Part shown: positions 61,441 through 64,000 of the stretch, piece by piece
Layout: every line of letters starts with the position of its first letter
How positions within the stretch are numbered: position 1 is the stretch's first letter
Assembly: GCA_963520895.1 (NCBI GenBank)
Contig: CAUQSW010000002.1
Coordinates: 13,823 to 77,822 of the forward strand
DNA length: 64,000 nucleotides
Direction of reading: 5' to 3'
From: an uncultured Corynebacterium sp.
GTDB lineage: Bacteria; Actinomycetota; Actinomycetes; Mycobacteriales; Mycobacteriaceae
Notes under the pieces: model-generated
What the model was told of the DNA's origin: nothing
Seen by the model: only the letters and a program-made list of their open reading frames with translations
Databases searched by the model: none
Program-made: the position numbers and the translations under genes

Positions 61441-63066
61441 CTACTTAAAACAACCTGGCGGAATCCCATAAACTCTTTCCGCGACGCGAGTTGCAGCCTC
61501 ACGGTCTTTTTTCCGGAAAGCTTCGCGAAGTGTCTTCGCATCAGGTTCGCTAATGCTGTTTGGAGAAGGGACAACAATTTTGCGTAGATACTGCGCCTGG
61601 AACCTCAAGGTGCCGCCACGCATCTTCACTCCGTATGCTTGGATGAAGGCCTCGGCAACACGAGAAAGCAATAACCCCCCAAGTACCTCCATGTCCCAAG
61701 AATCAGAAATGATGTAGTACAAGTTGTGATGTGGGTAGTATCCTCCCGGCTCTAAGACTGGAGTTATTTTCGCTTTCATGTCTTGGAGCAACAGTTTCGG
61801 TTTCTTAGTCAAGCCGGGGCGTACTTTGTCAATGGTTCGGAACCAGTGGTCTGTGTTTTTGCGTGCGATGAATCGCTTCTTTACCGCTTCCTGGGACTCG
61901 AGTGCTTGAATGAAATGAGGGTACTTGGCAGGATCAATGAGGTTACCCTGTGCGTCCCACGGGTTGAGCATTACTTTCCCTGGCTCTTTTAGATAGCCAG
62001 AACGGATATCATCTGCCATGACCAACGGTAGTAAACGATCAGGTTCAATGTCGCCTACGTCGGTGGATTTAAGGATAAAGGCTTTGTCCGCACCCGTCGC
62101 TACGCCAATACCCACGCGAGTAGTTCCGTCGTCTTCTAGGGCTGGGAAGGTTCGCTGCAAATGTTCCAGATGAAGGATGGTGCTTGGTGAAGCAGAGGGC
62201 CAAAAATCATCAGTGCTAAACCATTGTTCTAATCGAGCACCATCCCAGTGCGTACCTTTGCCTTCCGGATGCCCGGAATGTATAAAAGCTAAGGCTTCGC
62301 GAGCGGAGTTGGTATCAAACTTGGCTTGGGCGTTGATTATAGTCGGAGCAGTCCCTTTGGCAGTTCCAAGCACCGTGATTGCAGGGTAAGCAGAGACTGC
62401 AGCCTCAAATGCATCAACATCATGCATTGTCCAGACTGATTCGACCGAGTAGGAATTAGCTATCAGGTGTCGGAGATGCTTGCCATAAGTGTTGCGCATC
62501 CAACGGTCTGCGCAGATAAATCCTAGTTTTCCTCCATCTGCCAAAAGCGACAAGGCGCACTCGTAAAAGCCTACGTAGATATCAGCTCTGCCCGACATTG
62601 TTTTCCACAGCGTGCGGTACTGACGCTCTACAGTGTCGTCAAGATCCTCAGATCTAATATAGGGAGGATTACCTACAATAACGTCAGCTTGTTCAGTATG
62701 AAATTCTAAAAGGAAATCGCCACACTGGATCCATGATTCTGCGAGTTCTTGAGCAATATGTGGGGCTACACCATGTGTTTTCAATACTTCACCCACAACA
62801 CCACGCGAGGTAAGCACGTGTTCGTTTTGTAAATCCCAACCACGAATAAGGCCACGTAATTGTGTAAGGGGCACACCTCTATCCTGCGCTGAGGTAATAA
62901 GTCGTTGCACCATTGGCTCAAGGAAAGTTCCACTACCCACGGAGGGCTCTATAACACGTAGGGTTGTTAGATCTTTGTCTGTAGTGTATCCGACAAGGTC
63001 AAGGATAGCTTCCACTACCCAGCGGCGTGTAAAAACCTCCCCGTATTTTTTGGCAGTATTAGTCAT
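61441..63066 (-). CDS. N6-adenine DNA methyltransferase (M.PaeR7I/M.XhoI-like)
   Basis: GEVFTR.WVV, EPSVGSG.F, VGNPPY, ICADRWM.N.YG, IGVATGADK, PHHNLYYI, MRGG.LRFQAQYLR. Confidence 0.9.
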   Translation of the reverse strand: MTNTAKKYGEVFTRRWVVEAILDLVGYTTDKDLTTLRVIEPSVGSGTFLEPMVQRLITSAQDRGVPLTQLRGLIRGWDLQNEHVLTSRGVVGEVLKTHGVAPHIAQELAESWIQCGDFLLEFHTEQADVIVGNPPYIRSEDLDDTVERQYRTLWKTMSGRADIYVGFYECALSLLADGGKLGFICADRWMRNTYGKHLRHLIANSYSVESVWTMHDVDAFEAAVSAYPAITVLGTAKGTAPTIINAQAKFDTNSAREALAFIHSGHPEGKGTHWDGARLEQWFSTDDFWPSASPSTILHLEHLQRTFPALEDDGTTRVGIGVATGADKAFILKSTDVGDIEPDRLLPLVMADDIRSGYLKEPGKVMLNPWDAQGNLIDPAKYPHFIQALESQEAVKKRFIARKNTDHWFRTIDKVRPGLTKKPKLLLQDMKAKITPVLEPGGYYPHHNLYYIISDSWDMEVLGGLLLSRVAEAFIQAYGVKMRGGTLRFQAQYLRKIVVPSPNSISEPDAKTLREAFRKKDREAATRVAERVYGIPPGCFK

Positions 63067-63314
63067 ATGTAATCACCTTACATGGCCACCTGACATAGCT
63101 ATCTAATAGCGTATCAGGCTAAATAAACCGGCCTGACCTGAAATTGTGAGTGATTATTTGATTTATATCGGGTCATGGAATCCTCGAGTTATGATAAAAA
63201 CCCAAGTCATCGGCACACTCCTGATATGTGGAGGGTCAACGGCTTAGGCCTTAGTGCCAGGCTATCATATATGTCGTAGTACAGGAAGGCCGTGCCGCTG
63301 CAGGCCCTTAAACC

Positions 63315-64000
63315 CTACAGTACTTCAATCCGTGCGCCTACCGATTCTGCTTGGATGAGCTGATTGATCCAGCCATTAACTCCTGGATGTAACCGGAACA
63401 CTGGGCGGTTGGATACGGGGGTAGGACTGACTGACTGGGAAGCGTTAAGTCCCGAACGTGCTTCAAACCTAATCCGCGACCGGTAGCCATTATCAATGAG
63501 TTCTTCTAGGTTGGGTTTGGGTTCGCACAGGTGGGCGCGGGCGTCGTTAAGCAAACTCAGTGCTTCATCGAGTGCTTCTAGTAGTGCGGTGTGATTGGTT
63601 TCGCACATAGCGCGCACTAGGGACGGTGCAGAACCGGCAACCCTCGTGCCATCGCGGAAGCTGCCAGCGGCAAGGGATAAGGATAACGCGCCGCCGTTGT
63701 CACCAACAATGGCTAAGGTTTCCGCGAGGATATGCGGTAGGTGGCTCACGCGGGCCACTGCTGCATCGTGTTGGTGCGCCCTAGCGGGGATTACTTCCGC
63801 GCCAACAGCGGTGGCCATATGGGCTACATCAACCCACAGGGAGATCCATTCTTCCGCAGGGCCAGCGGGGGAGTCCACTGCATAGTCGAAGCTAATTACC
63901 CATACTGCGCGCTGGAATAAATCAGGGTCGGAGGCTTCCCAGCCGGAGTTTGCAGTGCCCGCCATGGGGTGCCCGCCCACGTAACGCTGCTGCATTCCGT
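63315..64000 (-). CDS. tyrA: Prephenate dehydrogenase, 5' end outside window
   Basis: GGHPMAG, HDAAVARVSHLPH, AGSFRDGTRVA. Confidence 0.92.
   Translation of the reverse strand, partial: GMQQRYVGGHPMAGTANSGWEASDPDLFQRAVWVISFDYAVDSPAGPAEEWISLWVDVAHMATAVGAEVIPARAHQHDAAVARVSHLPHILAETLAIVGDNGGALSLSLAAGSFRDGTRVAGSAPSLVRAMCETNHTALLEALDEALSLLNDARAHLCEPKPNLEELIDNGYRSRIRFEARSGLNASQSVSPTPVSNRPVFRLHPGVNGWINQLIQAESVGARIEVL

Overview
Corynebacterium (Mycobacteriales) chromosome segment. The conserved backbone is the arabinogalactan locus (emb, aftA, dprE2, dprE1, a GtrA-type protein, glfT1, wzt, wzm), then an aminotransferase-V-like gene, qor, pat/hisC, three tRNAs, a DASS transporter, malic enzyme and the 3' part of tyrA. 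Two accessory regions interrupt it. (1) Between glfT1 and wzt lie an orphan two-domain IucA/IucC siderophore synthetase and a GNAT / putative immunity / secreted NucA-NucB-type nuclease / putative immunity / GNAT locus. The nuclease is split by a C8 tract, its cassette is bounded by exact 21-bp direct repeats, and the second immunity copy keeps a relic of a lost nuclease 3' end. (2) Between tRNA-Arg(ACG) and tyrA lie two ATPase genes and a complete, visibly AT-richer catecholate siderophore cluster with DtxR-like boxes. That cluster has a fused EntC-EntE, a split EntB, a C-A-T-E-C-A-T-TE NRPS predicted to make DHB-D-(Lys/Arg/Orn)-L-Ser units, EntS, Fes and FepBDGC. It is followed by a decayed sensor kinase, a decayed unknown gene and an XhoI/PaeR7I-like restriction-modification pair. 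No CRISPR array, integrase or transposase was recognised. All family calls come from motif recognition by eye; no searches were run.
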